DNA from: an uncultured Candidatus Saccharibacteria bacterium
Lineage (GTDB): Bacteria > Patescibacteriota > Minisyncoccia > UBA6257 > 02-FULL-45-10c
Reading direction: 5' to 3'
Assembly: GCA_964355085.1 (NCBI GenBank)
Contig: CAYHBW010000002.1
Coordinates: forward strand, 6 to 64,005
Length of the DNA stretch: 64,000 nucleotides
Of this stretch, positions 34,944 through 44,483 are shown in pieces. The translations under genes and the position numbers were made by a program. The notes beneath the pieces were generated by a model. The model saw only the letters and a list, made by a program, of their open reading frames with translations, made no database searches and had not been told where the DNA came from. The number at the start of each line of letters is the position of its first letter. Position 1 is the stretch's first letter.

Positions 34944-35225
34944 TTCAATAATATTCCGCAAACGCGTTGTCAGCTAAAATGATTTAGATCAAGAAGCGAC
35001 GACGAAACTGTGGTGATAACTACTGTGAGGAGGAGCGACGCTGAGATAAATTATTTTAGCGAAAACCCTCCGGGATATAGCCAATTTTATCCATAACTGC
35101 GTTAGTCGTCCTCCAGAGGCGGACAAGTCGGAAAGGTAGTTAAAACTACGATTTCCTTCCTCCTGTCTGATTCTGTATGAAATTGGCAAGTATCGCGTTA
35201 TGGGATTATTATTGAATTAGACTCT
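34935..35225. other. A 291-bp noncoding element bounded by a perfect 19-bp inverted repeat (AGAGTCTAATTCAATAATA ... TATTATTGAATTAGACTCT). The match extends imperfectly to about 32 bp. It is either MITE-like or a structured ncRNA with a long closing stem.
   Basis: The arms are 34935-34953 and 35207-35225. The interior has further complementary segments, for example gaggaggagcgacg pairing with cgtcgtcctcc. No credible ORF is present. Confidence 0.5.
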
Positions 35226-35227
35226 AT

Positions 35228-35986
35228 ATGTCCAAATTTTACAATCCGAAAAAAAGCAGAGGAGTGTATAATCCCTTATCTGATGAGCCATTCAGATTGA
35301 GCCGGTCAAAAATAGATCTTTTTTTGAACTGTCCACGCTGTTTTTATCTGGATCGCCGCCTTGGCGTCGGTCAGCCGCCCAGTTTTCCGTTCAATCTGAA
35401 CAACGCCGTGGACACCTTGCTCAAAAAGGAATTTGACGCCCATCGAGCGAAAGGAACCGCGCATCCGCTCATGAAGGCGTATGGAATCAACGCTGTTCCG
35501 TTCGAGCACGCGAATATGGATGAGTGGCGGGACGCGCTCCGCGGGGGAGTCCAGTATGTGCATGAGCCGACGAATATCAATGTGACCGGCGGCGTGGACG
35601 ATATCTGGGTGACTCCGAAAAAAGAACTAATCGTTGTGGATTACAAGGCGACTTCCAAGAAAGAAGAGGTGAATCTCGATGCTCCGTGGCAGATCGGCTA
35701 TAAGCGTCAGGTTGAAATTTATCAGTGGCTTTTGCGTCATAACGGATTCAATGTTTCCGATACCGCTTATTTCGTTTATTGCAACGGCGATTCCGATAAG
35801 GAAGCTTTTGACGCAAAATTGGAATTCAATATAAAAATAATTCCGTATAAAGGAAGCGACCATTGGATAGATAATGTCCTGTTCAAGATAAAGGAAGTTC
35901 TCGCCGGCGATGTCATTCCGGCTTCCGGAATTGATTGCGATTATTGCAGTTATCGGAAGGCGGCGGCGGAGATAGAAGGGGTATGA
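35228..35986 (+). CDS. PD-(D/E)XK nuclease of the Cas4/RecB-like family (DUF83-like) with Fe-S cluster cysteines.
   Basis: An N-terminal CPRC and C-terminal CDYCSY supply the four-Cys cluster. The nuclease motifs are D...VVDYK...QVEIY. Confidence 0.7.
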   Translation: MSKFYNPKKSRGVYNPLSDEPFRLSRSKIDLFLNCPRCFYLDRRLGVGQPPSFPFNLNNAVDTLLKKEFDAHRAKGTAHPLMKAYGINAVPFEHANMDEWRDALRGGVQYVHEPTNINVTGGVDDIWVTPKKELIVVDYKATSKKEEVNLDAPWQIGYKRQVEIYQWLLRHNGFNVSDTAYFVYCNGDSDKEAFDAKLEFNIKIIPYKGSDHWIDNVLFKIKEVLAGDVIPASGIDCDYCSYRKAAAEIEGV

Positions 35987-36044
35987 TTTTTTTCTATATT
36001 TTGCTAATCTTATATTAGTTGATTAAAAAGCAGGGGCGGGTGGT

Positions 36045-36485
36045 ATGAAGTTTTTGGAATTCCGGCGCGACTCTGAACCGAATGAACTTTTTGAAAGATT
36101 AGTCATTGAATTTATTCCTGATATTATCTCGGCGCTTAAGAATAATCAGAAATTTGAAGTGAATCCTGACGAACCGTTATCGCCGGATGATGCAATCGCA
36201 TTATTTGTTAAGATTACTAAAACGCTGGGCATTGTCAATAATTTTTGCAAAATAAAATATAAATGCGAAGCTTCAACTATTAAGATGGAAATGCGCATAC
36301 GCGACGGATCATTTGTTTGGTTCAGGTTTGTTCCGCTTAATGAGAATAATGAGCCGATTACTAAAGAAAAGGACAATATTTCCTTGGTTCTTCCTAATGA
36401 CGTTGAGCAGATATCTGCACTGAATAAAGAAGGATATAATATCATTGTTCTTTTTACTAACTTCTCTGCTCCTCCTCAAAATTAA
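36045..36485 (+). CDS. Hypothetical protein.
   Basis: A 146-aa ORF. No family was recognised. Confidence 0.4.
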   Translation: MKFLEFRRDSEPNELFERLVIEFIPDIISALKNNQKFEVNPDEPLSPDDAIALFVKITKTLGIVNNFCKIKYKCEASTIKMEMRIRDGSFVWFRFVPLNENNEPITKEKDNISLVLPNDVEQISALNKEGYNIIVLFTNFSAPPQN

Positions 36486-36523
36486 ATTCGCCTAATCGGC
36501 GATTTTTTGTTACATTTAAGTTC

Positions 36524-36865
36524 ATGATTCCATTCAGTGATTTCGAGAAAGTCGAACTTCGCATAGCGAAGATTCTTTCGGTCGAGCGCATAGATGGTTC
36601 GGAAAAACTCCTGAAGCTGCAGCTTGATGCCGGCGATAAAAATGAGACAGGTGAGCCGATATCCAGACAGGTGATTGCCGGAATCGGCAAAGTTTATGCG
36701 CCGGAAAATATTACGGGACGGGAGATAGTGATTGTCGCCAATCTTGAGTCGCGCAAGCTCATGGGCTTTGAAAGCCAGGGGATGCTTCTGGCGGCGAGCG
36801 ATGAAAACGGGCCGGTTATTCTGATGCCGGAGCGGGAGGCGCCACCGGGATCGCCGATACATTAG
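36524..36865 (+). CDS. tRNA-binding protein (Trbp111/CsaA/EMAP-II-like OB-fold domain).
   Basis: FEKVELRIAKILSVERIDGSEKLLKLQLDAGD...RQVIAGIGKVYAPE is the MetRS C-terminal / Trbp111 domain pattern. Confidence 0.85.
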   Translation: MIPFSDFEKVELRIAKILSVERIDGSEKLLKLQLDAGDKNETGEPISRQVIAGIGKVYAPENITGREIVIVANLESRKLMGFESQGMLLAASDENGPVILMPEREAPPGSPIH

Positions 36866-36887
36866 AAATTAAAATTTTAAAAAATTT

Positions 36888-36917
36888 TATCCCGCCTATG
36901 GCGGGATTCTATTGTTT
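36888..36917 (+). terminator. Intrinsic terminator after the tRNA-binding protein gene.
   Basis: atcccgcc-tatg-gcgggat is followed by a T-rich tract. Confidence 0.55.
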
Positions 36918-36952
36918 GTAATCAAACTAAAGATTTGAACAAACAATGAAAA

Positions 36953-36975
36953 AACGGCTTAAGAGCCGTTTTTGG
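36953..36975 (-). terminator. Intrinsic terminator for the convergent minus-strand kinase-like gene.
   Basis: aacggct-taag-agccgtt overlaps the stop codon and has a T-run on the minus strand. Confidence 0.55.
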
Positions 36976-37678
36976 TTTTCTGCTCGAACGCATTAAGGAT
37001 ATCGGATGCTATGCGGGTTATCATTTCCTTTTCGCTTAATTCGGTAGTGTCCATGAGTCTGATCTGCGGAAATTTTCCGGAAAGACAGAGGAACGCTTCG
37101 GAATAACGCCGGACCAGGGTTTCAATCGTCGACGGATTGGTCGTCTCTCCGAGCTTGGAGCTTAGGGCGATTTTCAATTCGCGTTCCATGGCGACTTTCG
37201 GATCGGAAACCATGAAGTACGCGACATCAATGCAATTTGCCCATAACGGGGAAAGGAAGAAGGACTGGATGGTATTCTTTTCCGTGTCTGTAAGTTTCCC
37301 TTTTTCATTCCAGTACATCATCCAGCAGTAAGCATCAAATATGCACCTGTCGAAAATCACTATGTCGTATTTGTGTCCGACGCTTTCATCGAGTAACAGT
37401 GAAAGCGCGTAAAGACCGGTACGGGTATTATAGACCGGCGTAGTTCTTTCGATGTGCCGTATGACTTCAGCCCCCTCCTGGGGTCGCAGCACGCGGAATC
37501 CTTGTCTGCGGAAGAACTTATCCAATTCGGTAATCGCGGTAGTTTTGCCGGCAGACGGAGATCCGGTGAATTCGATGAAAAAAGGTCTCGGAATTTCTTT
37601 CAGATTATAGCGGATGTCGCTTCTAAGATAGCGGAGAATTTTTTCCGCTTGCGCTTCGAATACCTTCTCCTGATTCAT
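36959..37678 (-). CDS. P-loop nucleoside/deoxynucleoside kinase-like protein.
   Basis: Walker A is FTGSPSAGKTT. The DRCIFDAYCW box resembles the dNK/thymidylate-kinase DR(S/C)xxxD motif. Confidence 0.5.
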   Translation of the reverse strand: MNQEKVFEAQAEKILRYLRSDIRYNLKEIPRPFFIEFTGSPSAGKTTAITELDKFFRRQGFRVLRPQEGAEVIRHIERTTPVYNTRTGLYALSLLLDESVGHKYDIVIFDRCIFDAYCWMMYWNEKGKLTDTEKNTIQSFFLSPLWANCIDVAYFMVSDPKVAMERELKIALSSKLGETTNPSTIETLVRRYSEAFLCLSGKFPQIRLMDTTELSEKEMITRIASDILNAFEQKTKNGS

Positions 37679-37727
37679 GTCTTCTCCTTGGGAAAGAGCT
37701 GATTTATTGCTATATTAAAGATACTCC

Positions 37728-38324
37728 ATGAGGAAAAAGACTTCAAATAAAATAGAGGATGATGAAAAATACCGGCCGATCATCGGTTTTGATATGGATG
37801 GGGTCATCATCGATCATACCGATTCAAAAATTATGCTGGCCGGAAAATTCGGAATCACGCTTTCGCCGGAGCAGACGCCGTCCGATATGATGCATGATAT
37901 CATCCCCCATGAAATAAACCAGCAAATCCAGGATTTTCTTTATGGCGACAGGAAATATGCGCTTCGCCCGCAGGTCATGCGCGGAGCCAGGACGGTTCTT
38001 AAAGAAATTATGAAAATGGAATTGCCGATTTTCCTGATATCCCGCCGGAAAAATCCGGAAATTGCAATCGAGCTCCTGAAGAAGCACGGATTATGGCCGG
38101 CATTTTTCAATGAAGAAAACGCTTTTTTTGTGGATAAGCCGGAAGATAAGAACATTCGCGCAGTCCGGCTCGGCATAACCCATTATCTGGATGATGAGCG
38201 GCGTATTCTTGAGAATCTTTCCGGCGTTCAAAACCGATATCTGTTCGACAGGCACAGGATATATCCGGAGGACGAATTTTATAAACTTGTTTTCTCCTGG
38301 CGGGAATTTCTGTCAAATCTATGA
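37728..38324 (+). CDS. HAD-superfamily hydrolase, 5'(3')-deoxyribonucleotidase (NT5C)-like.
   Basis: HAD motif I is IGFDMDGVIIDH. The size and layout match NT5C-family nucleotidases. Confidence 0.5.
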   Translation: MRKKTSNKIEDDEKYRPIIGFDMDGVIIDHTDSKIMLAGKFGITLSPEQTPSDMMHDIIPHEINQQIQDFLYGDRKYALRPQVMRGARTVLKEIMKMELPIFLISRRKNPEIAIELLKKHGLWPAFFNEENAFFVDKPEDKNIRAVRLGITHYLDDERRILENLSGVQNRYLFDRHRIYPEDEFYKLVFSWREFLSNL

Positions 38325-38740
38325 AAAAATACATATTATCAATAGTTATATTGATATCAGCGGCCGGTATCTGGCAGATGCGGAATTTTTATTATAAATA
38401 TCCGGAGCCGGCTGGCATCCCGGATCTGATATCGGTCGCATCTCCTTTGCCGGAATTTTTGGTTTCAAGTCCGCTGAAGGTTTCCGGGCAGGCGCGCGGA
38501 TTCTGGTTTTTCGAAGCTTCATTCCCGGTCAGACTGCTGGACGGAAACGGCAAGGAAATCGCAGTCAAGCCGGCGCAGGCGCTGGATGCGTGGATGACGG
38601 AAGACTTTGTGCCATTTGAGGTTGAATTGGAATTTCCGGCCCCGGATACGGATAACGGGATTTTGATATTGAAGAAAGATAATCCATCCGGTCTGCCGGA
38701 GCATGACCGGGAGTTGCTGATTCCGGTGAGATTCAGATAG
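38321..38740 (+). CDS. Secreted Gmad2 immunoglobulin-like domain protein.
   Basis: A signal peptide is present. VASPLPEFLVSSPLKVSGQARGFWFFEASFPVRLLDGNG matches the Gmad2 consensus. Confidence 0.65.
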   Translation: MKKYILSIVILISAAGIWQMRNFYYKYPEPAGIPDLISVASPLPEFLVSSPLKVSGQARGFWFFEASFPVRLLDGNGKEIAVKPAQALDAWMTEDFVPFEVELEFPAPDTDNGILILKKDNPSGLPEHDRELLIPVRFR

Positions 38741-39145
38741 GTGCTATCATGGCTTCATATGATTAATAGGAGATTTATACTGAACTCAATCCTGTTGGTA
38801 GCGCTGGTAGCCGGTGGAGCTTATGTATTGATGCGCGGCGGGGACATGCCTGTTTCAGATTCAGGAAATGATGATGCTGTCGAGCTTGCGGCCGGAATTC
38901 CGGTTCCAGTGAAGATAGCTGATTTTTCTTACAGCCCGAAGGAACTTAAAATCCCTGTTGGGACGAAGGTCATCTGGAAGAATGAAGACAGTACAAAGCA
39001 TAATATTTTGGCGGATGACGGAGGATTCGGCAGTAAACTTTTAAGCAAAGGAGAAATTTTTGAATTTACTTTTGATAAAATCGGATCGTTCCCGTATCAT
39101 TGCGGACCCCATCCTTGGATGAAGGCGGCAGTCATCGTTGAGTAA
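38741..39145 (+). CDS. Cupredoxin (plastocyanin/azurin-like type 1 copper protein), membrane-anchored.
   Basis: The Cu ligands are H...YHCGPHPWM (His, Cys, His, Met). An alternative ATG start lies at 38759. Confidence 0.8.
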   Translation: MLSWLHMINRRFILNSILLVALVAGGAYVLMRGGDMPVSDSGNDDAVELAAGIPVPVKIADFSYSPKELKIPVGTKVIWKNEDSTKHNILADDGGFGSKLLSKGEIFEFTFDKIGSFPYHCGPHPWMKAAVIVE

Positions 39146-39157
39146 ATTACATACAGG

Positions 39158-39397
39158 ATGCGCATTTCAATTCACGTCAAATTAAAGGCGAAAGAAGAGA
39201 AAGTCGATAAAATTATTCTTCAGAAATTGACAGGCGAAGAAATTCAATATCAGGTTTTTGTGAAGGAATTACCGGTTGACGGTAAGGCCAATGAAGCTGT
39301 CATTCGTGTTCTTGCGGATTATTTTAATGTTTCAAAATCCCAGGTGCGGATTGTCGTCGGAGGCACGTCCAGAGAAAAAATCGTGGAAATCAGGTAA
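39158..39397 (+). CDS. DUF167 / YggU family protein.
   Basis: PVDGKANEAVIRVLADYF...VRIVVGGTSREKIVEI matches the YggU consensus. Confidence 0.8.
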   Translation: MRISIHVKLKAKEEKVDKIILQKLTGEEIQYQVFVKELPVDGKANEAVIRVLADYFNVSKSQVRIVVGGTSREKIVEIR

Positions 39398-39407
39398 ATC
39401 CGCATAT

Positions 39408-39436
39408 TTGACATATATATTTGTATATTCTATAAT
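39408..39436 (+). promoter_or_regulatory. Perfect sigma70 consensus promoter. TTGACA is followed by a 17-bp spacer and TATAAT. It drives the downstream GC-rich ORF.
   Basis: Seen directly: tTTGACAtatatatttgtatattcTATAATat. Confidence 0.6.
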
Positions 39437-39539
39437 ATATTAAATCATCGGGAGCTATGAAGTTCCGTTGAATCGTACCTTGACCCTTATCTCGCGGGCA
39501 GCGAGAAGTCGTCCGACAATACAGTCGGAGGAGAAATCA

Positions 39540-40133
39540 ATGAAATACGGAGACCTGACGTTAGGACAGACGGAGGCGCTCGTGAACAAGCTTGGTGGAT
39601 TGGATGTTGTGAAAGGTATCCTTTCCGGCAAGTTGACGTTGACGGTGGCCAGGATGGCCCGCATTTCCGACCTCCTGTCTCCCGTCACTACCGTCAAGAT
39701 CCCCGCAACCGGAAAGTTCTTTGCGAGCGACCACTTCACCACGAACATCAAGGCGGTGAAGTTCGCCTGGTTCGGCGACAACTTCAAACAGCATTTCCTC
39801 CACAAAGAGGAAGCGCCGCAAGGAGAAGTCGAGCTCAAGGTGAGCCAGCTCAAAAAGGACTCCCTGGACAAGCCGATCCTCACCGAACTCGGGGACAAGG
39901 CCGAAACCAACCTCACCTCCATCTGGGAGCTCCTGGAAAAGCAACCTAATGGAGAGCAAGGAATACTCCTAACCAACGGATATGCGAACATCTTCTATGT
40001 CCGCGATTCCAAAGGAGTGCTCTGGGCGGTCGGCGTCTACTGGGACGGCGACGGTTGGGGCGTGGATGCCGACTCGGTCGAGATTCCGTTCGAGTGGTTC
40101 GTCGGCTTCCTGATCTTCTCCCGCAATTCTTAG
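39540..40133 (+). CDS. Hypothetical protein encoded by a compositionally atypical gene (high GC, GC-rich third codon positions). It is a likely horizontal acquisition.
   Basis: A GGAGG RBS lies 7 nt upstream of the ATG. The local GC is clearly above that of surrounding genes, with G/C-ending codons (ctc, gac, aag, ttc) where neighbours use A/T-ending codons. The gene is followed by a GC-rich terminator. No family was recognised. Confidence 0.6.
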   Translation: MKYGDLTLGQTEALVNKLGGLDVVKGILSGKLTLTVARMARISDLLSPVTTVKIPATGKFFASDHFTTNIKAVKFAWFGDNFKQHFLHKEEAPQGEVELKVSQLKKDSLDKPILTELGDKAETNLTSIWELLEKQPNGEQGILLTNGYANIFYVRDSKGVLWAVGVYWDGDGWGVDADSVEIPFEWFVGFLIFSRNS

Positions 40134-40173
40134 GATCCTTGGGCTCTTGGAGCCTTGGTTCCCTAAGTCAGAC

Positions 40174-40208
40174 CCCTGCACGAGCTTGCTCGTGCAGGGG
40201 TTTTCTAT
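40174..40208 (+). terminator. Strong intrinsic terminator (cccctgcacgagc-ttg-ctcgtgcagggg followed by TTTTC).
   Basis: A perfect 12-bp stem. Confidence 0.85.
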
Positions 40209-40244
40209 TGTAAGAAAAATATTTTTGAGTTATAATATATAACA

Positions 40245-40649
40245 ATGAAGTCAATTCTCACTATTTTAATACTTGCAAGTTTTATTGGGATTGCGGTCTT
40301 CGGATTTGTCGGTATGACCAGCGCCCAGCATTTGCATGGAGGTTGTATCGCTTCTCTCGCTGATAAAGGGCTTTGTCCGTCCGGGGTGGTTCCGGTTTCA
40401 GCGGCTTTTTCACATCTTGAGGTCCTTAAGAGTTTCTCTCTCGCATTTTTGACCGGTTTTGCATCTTTGGTTTCATTGATCGCTTTGGCTTTCGCGGTCT
40501 CCGGAAGAAATCCGGATATTCCAGAGGCCGTTTTCCGTCCGGTTTCCGCGCTTGGCGATCTTTTCAAGGACTCCAATAATTCTTTGGCGCATAATTTTGA
40601 ATGGCTGGCCATTCATTTCAACAGTCCGAGCTTTGTTTTAAGCGCATAA
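40245..40649 (+). CDS. Hypothetical membrane or secreted protein in the copper-handling neighbourhood.
   Basis: A signal/TM segment and a second TM are present. It contains a conserved CIASLADKGLC. Confidence 0.45.
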   Translation: MKSILTILILASFIGIAVFGFVGMTSAQHLHGGCIASLADKGLCPSGVVPVSAAFSHLEVLKSFSLAFLTGFASLVSLIALAFAVSGRNPDIPEAVFRPVSALGDLFKDSNNSLAHNFEWLAIHFNSPSFVLSA

Positions 40650-40733
40650 ATTCTCCGCTTGCGGTTTATTTATGCGTTCTCAAATCCCACAAGGGATTTT
40701 TTGTTTTTAAGATTACCCAATAAAAAATAAATT

Positions 40734-41756
40734 ATGAAACAGGATTACATATTCCATATTCAAGGGATGCATTGTTCTTCATGTGTCTTATTGATTGAAG
40801 ATGCGTTAAGATCGCTGCCGGGCGTCAGCATGGCCAAGGTATCACTTACGGATTCCAAGTTGGAAATTTCCGGAGATTTCTCCGGCTCTCCGGAAGATAT
40901 TGCGGAAGAACTTAGCAGGCCGTTAAAAAATCATGGTTACCTGATACTGTCGGAAAAAATCAGAAAAGGCGCAGAATGGGGAGATTTTATTTACGCCGTT
41001 CCGATTGCCTCGACTCTTGTTCTCGGTTTTTTGGCGCTTCAAAAATCTGGAATTGCCGGCTTGATTGATGTTTCCGGCGCGGATTATTGGACAGCATTTC
41101 TTATCGGTCTAGTCGCTTCGGTCTCCACGTGTCTTGCTGTGGTGGGTGGATTAGTTTTGTCTCTTTCGGCCAGTTCTGCAAAAGAAAACGGCACTTGGCG
41201 GACGCAAACTCTTTTTCACTTAGGAAGGTTAGGCGGTTTTTTCGTTCTCGGTGGCGCAATCGGTTTTCTTGGAAAATCTTTTCAGCTAGGAATCGTAGGC
41301 AGCGGAATACTTGGCATTCTTGTCGCCCTGGTGATGCTGGTTCTTGGCGTGAATTTGCTTGATGTCTTTCATTTTACGAAAAGATTTCAATTTACGCTTC
41401 CGGCAGGACTGATGAAATATTTCAAGAAGATGAATTTCGGACATGATCATCGGCTATTGCCGCTGTTTGTCGGTATCGGAACCTTTTTTCTGCCATGCGG
41501 GTTCACTCAATCCATGCAGATTTATGCGCTCACTACCGGCAGTTTTCTTGGAGGAGCTCTGACGATGACCGCTTTTGCGGCAGGAACTTTTCCAGCGCTC
41601 GCTCTTCTTTCGTTCGGCGCGCTGAATATTTCGCATAAGCCATGGAAGGGGCTGTTCTTTAAGGTGACTGGATTGATTGTGATTGCGCTTGCGTTGTTTA
41701 ATCTCCTGAATGCGATAGTCGTTGCCGGAATTATTGATCCGCTCTTTAATTTATGA
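40734..41756 (+). CDS. Heavy-metal-associated (HMA) domain fused to a multi-TM permease (TauE/SafE- or CcdA-like). Putative metal ion transporter.
   Basis: An N-terminal GMHCSSC HMA motif is followed by six to eight TM helices with conserved Cys (VSTCLAV, FLPCGF). Confidence 0.6.
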   Translation: MKQDYIFHIQGMHCSSCVLLIEDALRSLPGVSMAKVSLTDSKLEISGDFSGSPEDIAEELSRPLKNHGYLILSEKIRKGAEWGDFIYAVPIASTLVLGFLALQKSGIAGLIDVSGADYWTAFLIGLVASVSTCLAVVGGLVLSLSASSAKENGTWRTQTLFHLGRLGGFFVLGGAIGFLGKSFQLGIVGSGILGILVALVMLVLGVNLLDVFHFTKRFQFTLPAGLMKYFKKMNFGHDHRLLPLFVGIGTFFLPCGFTQSMQIYALTTGSFLGGALTMTAFAAGTFPALALLSFGALNISHKPWKGLFFKVTGLIVIALALFNLLNAIVVAGIIDPLFNL

Positions 41757-42166
41757 AATCCCTAAATATTCAAATCATGATTTCCATCGCGCTAAGCGCT
41801 CTTATCATCTGGTCGGCAATCTGGTTTGTTTCAGATAAGTCCGGCGCAGATATCGGTCCGGCAGACGAACCGCCGGTTTCTTTTTCCGATGGCAGGCAGA
41901 TTATCGCTATTTTTGCCAAAGGCGGATATTCGCCGCGGATTGTCGAGGCGAAAGCCGGGGTACCGACTGTTTTGCGGATAAAAACCGACGGCACTTTCGA
42001 TTGCTCCGCAAGCTTGGTCATTCCTGCTCTTTCATACCGTAATTTTCTTCCGTCATCCGGGATTGTTGAAATCGCGATTCCTGCGGATCTGGCAGGCGGC
42101 GAGATGCGGGGATTCTGTTCGATGGGAATGTACGGCTTCCGGATAAATTTCAAGCGGCTTTTGTGA
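41753..42166 (+). CDS. Membrane-anchored cupredoxin-like domain protein, a putative copper chaperone or accessory protein to CopA.
   Basis: A TM anchor is followed by a beta-sandwich carrying FCSMGMY (Cys/Met). It is translationally coupled to the upstream gene and adjacent to copA. Confidence 0.5.
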   Translation: MKSLNIQIMISIALSALIIWSAIWFVSDKSGADIGPADEPPVSFSDGRQIIAIFAKGGYSPRIVEAKAGVPTVLRIKTDGTFDCSASLVIPALSYRNFLPSSGIVEIAIPADLAGGEMRGFCSMGMYGFRINFKRLL

Positions 42167-42176
42167 GGTATAATTA

Positions 42177-44480
42177 ATGCATACTGATATGAACCATAAA
42201 AAAACTTTCATAGTGCGCGGGATGGATTGCGCCTCCTGCGCGCTGACTATTGAAAAGGCGCTCAAAGAGATGCCGGATCTGCTGTCCGCGAATGTGAATT
42301 ACGCGACGGAAAAAGCGGTTATCCAAAGCAATCAACCGATTGATTCTTCGAAAATATCTAATTTTGTTAAGGATAAGACCGGTTATGAATTAGTTGAGGA
42401 GATGGGCAGGCAGGAACATGCTGGTCACGATATGTCCGGAATGAAAGGCGGGGATATGGAGGGCCATGATCACGCCAAGATGCTGAAAGAAGAGGAGATC
42501 CGGAAGCTTTGGAATAAATTTTTGTTCGGCGCGGTTTCTTCCGCATTGATAATGGCGCTCGGTTTTTCCGAATTTCTTCCCGGATTGGGCGGATTATTCG
42601 ACCGCTCTACGCTGTTCCTGCTGATGTTCATTCTTGCGACCCCGGTTGAATTCTGGGTCGGAAAACAGTTTTGGACAAGTTCTTGGGCGTCTTTGAAGAG
42701 ATTTAATGTGAGTATGGATACCTTGGTCTCTCTTGGAACAGGCGTGGCTTATTTTTCTGGCCTGGCCGTGACTTTCATGGAAATTTCCCGGATTCCGGCT
42801 GCAGTTACGCTCGATGTCTATTTCGATGTTTCAGCGGTCGTGATAACATTGGTAATTCTCGGGAAATATTTAGAGGCGAAAGCCAAGGGTTCCGCTTCCG
42901 AAGCGATCAAAAAACTTCTGAAGCTTCAGGCGAAAACCGCGCATTTTTTGGACGAAGGAAAGCACGAGACGGATGTTCCGGTTGATCGGATAAAAACCGG
43001 AGATCTGATGAGGGTGAAGCCAGGAGAGAAGATTCCGGTGGACGGAACAATTGTGGACGGATATGCGGTTATTGATGAATCGATGGTCACCGGCGAATCA
43101 TTGCCGGTTGATAAGAAAGAAGGAGATGCGCTTATCGGCGCTACGATAAATAAGAATACCAGCTTCATCATGCGGGCTACCAAGGTAGGGAAAGATTCAT
43201 TTCTTGCCCAGATTGTCGCTATGATTGAATCCGCGCAAGCCAGCCGGGCGCCTATCCAGAAAATGGCCGACTTTGTGATTTCCTATTTTGTCCCGATAGT
43301 CCTGGGAATATCCGCGGCTACTTTCCTTTTCTGGTTTTTCTGGGCTCCATACGGTTACGGATTTTCATTTGCGATGATAAACGCCATAGCGGTTCTGGTC
43401 GTGGCGTGCCCTTGCGCAATGGGTCTTGCAACGCCGACTTCCATAATGGTCGGCACAGGCAAGGCGGCGGAGCATGGAGTGATCATTAGGGATGCGGAAG
43501 CGCTGGAGGTGGCCGGTAAGATCGGCGCCGTGGTTCTGGATAAAACCGGGACCATAACAAAGGGCGAGCCGTCAGTTACAGACGTGATTTCTTTCGGAGG
43601 AATCGATGAATCCGAAGTCATCCGATGCGCGGCATCTCTGGAAAAACTTTCCGAGCATCCGATTGCCAGATCGATCGCGGGATATTTCAAGCCGGAAGAA
43701 GATCTTCTCAAGGTCAGGAACTTCAGCGCGGTGCCAGGATTCGGGATTGAAGGCGACCTGATTTTGAAATCCGGACCGAAAAGATATTTTCTCGGGAACG
43801 CATCATTGATGAGGGAAAAGGGCGTAGATATCAGATTCGCGCTTTTGCAGTCGGAAAAATTGGAGCGCGACGGCAAAACCTCTCTTTTTCTGTCAGACGG
43901 AAAAAATCTTATCGGTCTGATTGCCGTGGCGGACACAGTTAAGCCGACTGCAGCCGAAGCTGTCAGAAAGCTGAAAGAGCTCGGATTGGAAATCTGGATG
44001 ATAACCGGTGATAATGAGCGGACCGCCGATGCGATCGCCAAGGCGGTCGGAATCGGGAAAGTCATGGCGCGGGTTCTTCCGCAGGATAAGGCCGGCAAGA
44101 TAAAATCCCTGCAGGATCAGGGTAAGTTGGTCGCCATGGTCGGCGACGGCATAAATGACGCTCCGGCCCTTACGCAGGCGGATGTTGGCATCGCGATAGG
44201 GACGGGAACTGATATCGCAATCGAGTCCGCAGATATCACTCTGGTTTCCGGCGATCCGATAGGTATTGTGAATGCGATATTTGTCAGCCGCAAAACCCTG
44301 ATCAATATCAAGCAGAATCTTTTCTGGGCTTTCATCTATAACATCGTCCTGATTCCGGTCGCGGCCGGAGTTCTCTGGCCGAAATACGGAATTCTTCTTA
44401 ATCCCATGCTGGCGGGCGGAGCGATGGCTTTCAGTTCGCTGTCGGTCGTGCTGAACTCATTAAGATTAAAAAAGGTATAA
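42177..44480 (+). CDS. copA: Copper-translocating P1B-type ATPase.
   Basis: The HMA motif is GMDCASC. The CPC motif reads ACPCAMG. Also present are [15 protein letters not shown] and eight TM helices. Confidence 0.92.
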   Translation: MHTDMNHKKTFIVRGMDCASCALTIEKALKEMPDLLSANVNYATEKAVIQSNQPIDSSKISNFVKDKTGYELVEEMGRQEHAGHDMSGMKGGDMEGHDHAKMLKEEEIRKLWNKFLFGAVSSALIMALGFSEFLPGLGGLFDRSTLFLLMFILATPVEFWVGKQFWTSSWASLKRFNVSMDTLVSLGTGVAYFSGLAVTFMEISRIPAAVTLDVYFDVSAVVITLVILGKYLEAKAKGSASEAIKKLLKLQAKTAHFLDEGKHETDVPVDRIKTGDLMRVKPGEKIPVDGTIVDGYAVIDESMVTGESLPVDKKEGDALIGATINKNTSFIMRATKVGKDSFLAQIVAMIESAQASRAPIQKMADFVISYFVPIVLGISAATFLFWFFWAPYGYGFSFAMINAIAVLVVACPCAMGLATPTSIMVGTGKAAEHGVIIRDAEALEVAGKIGAVVLDKTGTITKGEPSVTDVISFGGIDESEVIRCAASLEKLSEHPIARSIAGYFKPEEDLLKVRNFSAVPGFGIEGDLILKSGPKRYFLGNASLMREKGVDIRFALLQSEKLERDGKTSLFLSDGKNLIGLIAVADTVKPTAAEAVRKLKELGLEIWMITGDNERTADAIAKAVGIGKVMARVLPQDKAGKIKSLQDQGKLVAMVGDGINDAPALTQADVGIAIGTGTDIAIESADITLVSGDPIGIVNAIFVSRKTLINIKQNLFWAFIYNIVLIPVAAGVLWPKYGILLNPMLAGGAMAFSSLSVVLNSLRLKKV

Positions 44481-44483
44481 TAT

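Noticed and set aside
34935-35225. RNase P RNA or SRP RNA in the IR-bounded intergenic element.
   Set aside because: Partial resemblance only, for example aagtcggaaagg compared with P4 or SRP domain IV GGAA motifs. Conserved cores such as AGGAAAGUCCGGGCUCC, or tandem GGAA with the correct spacing, are not present.
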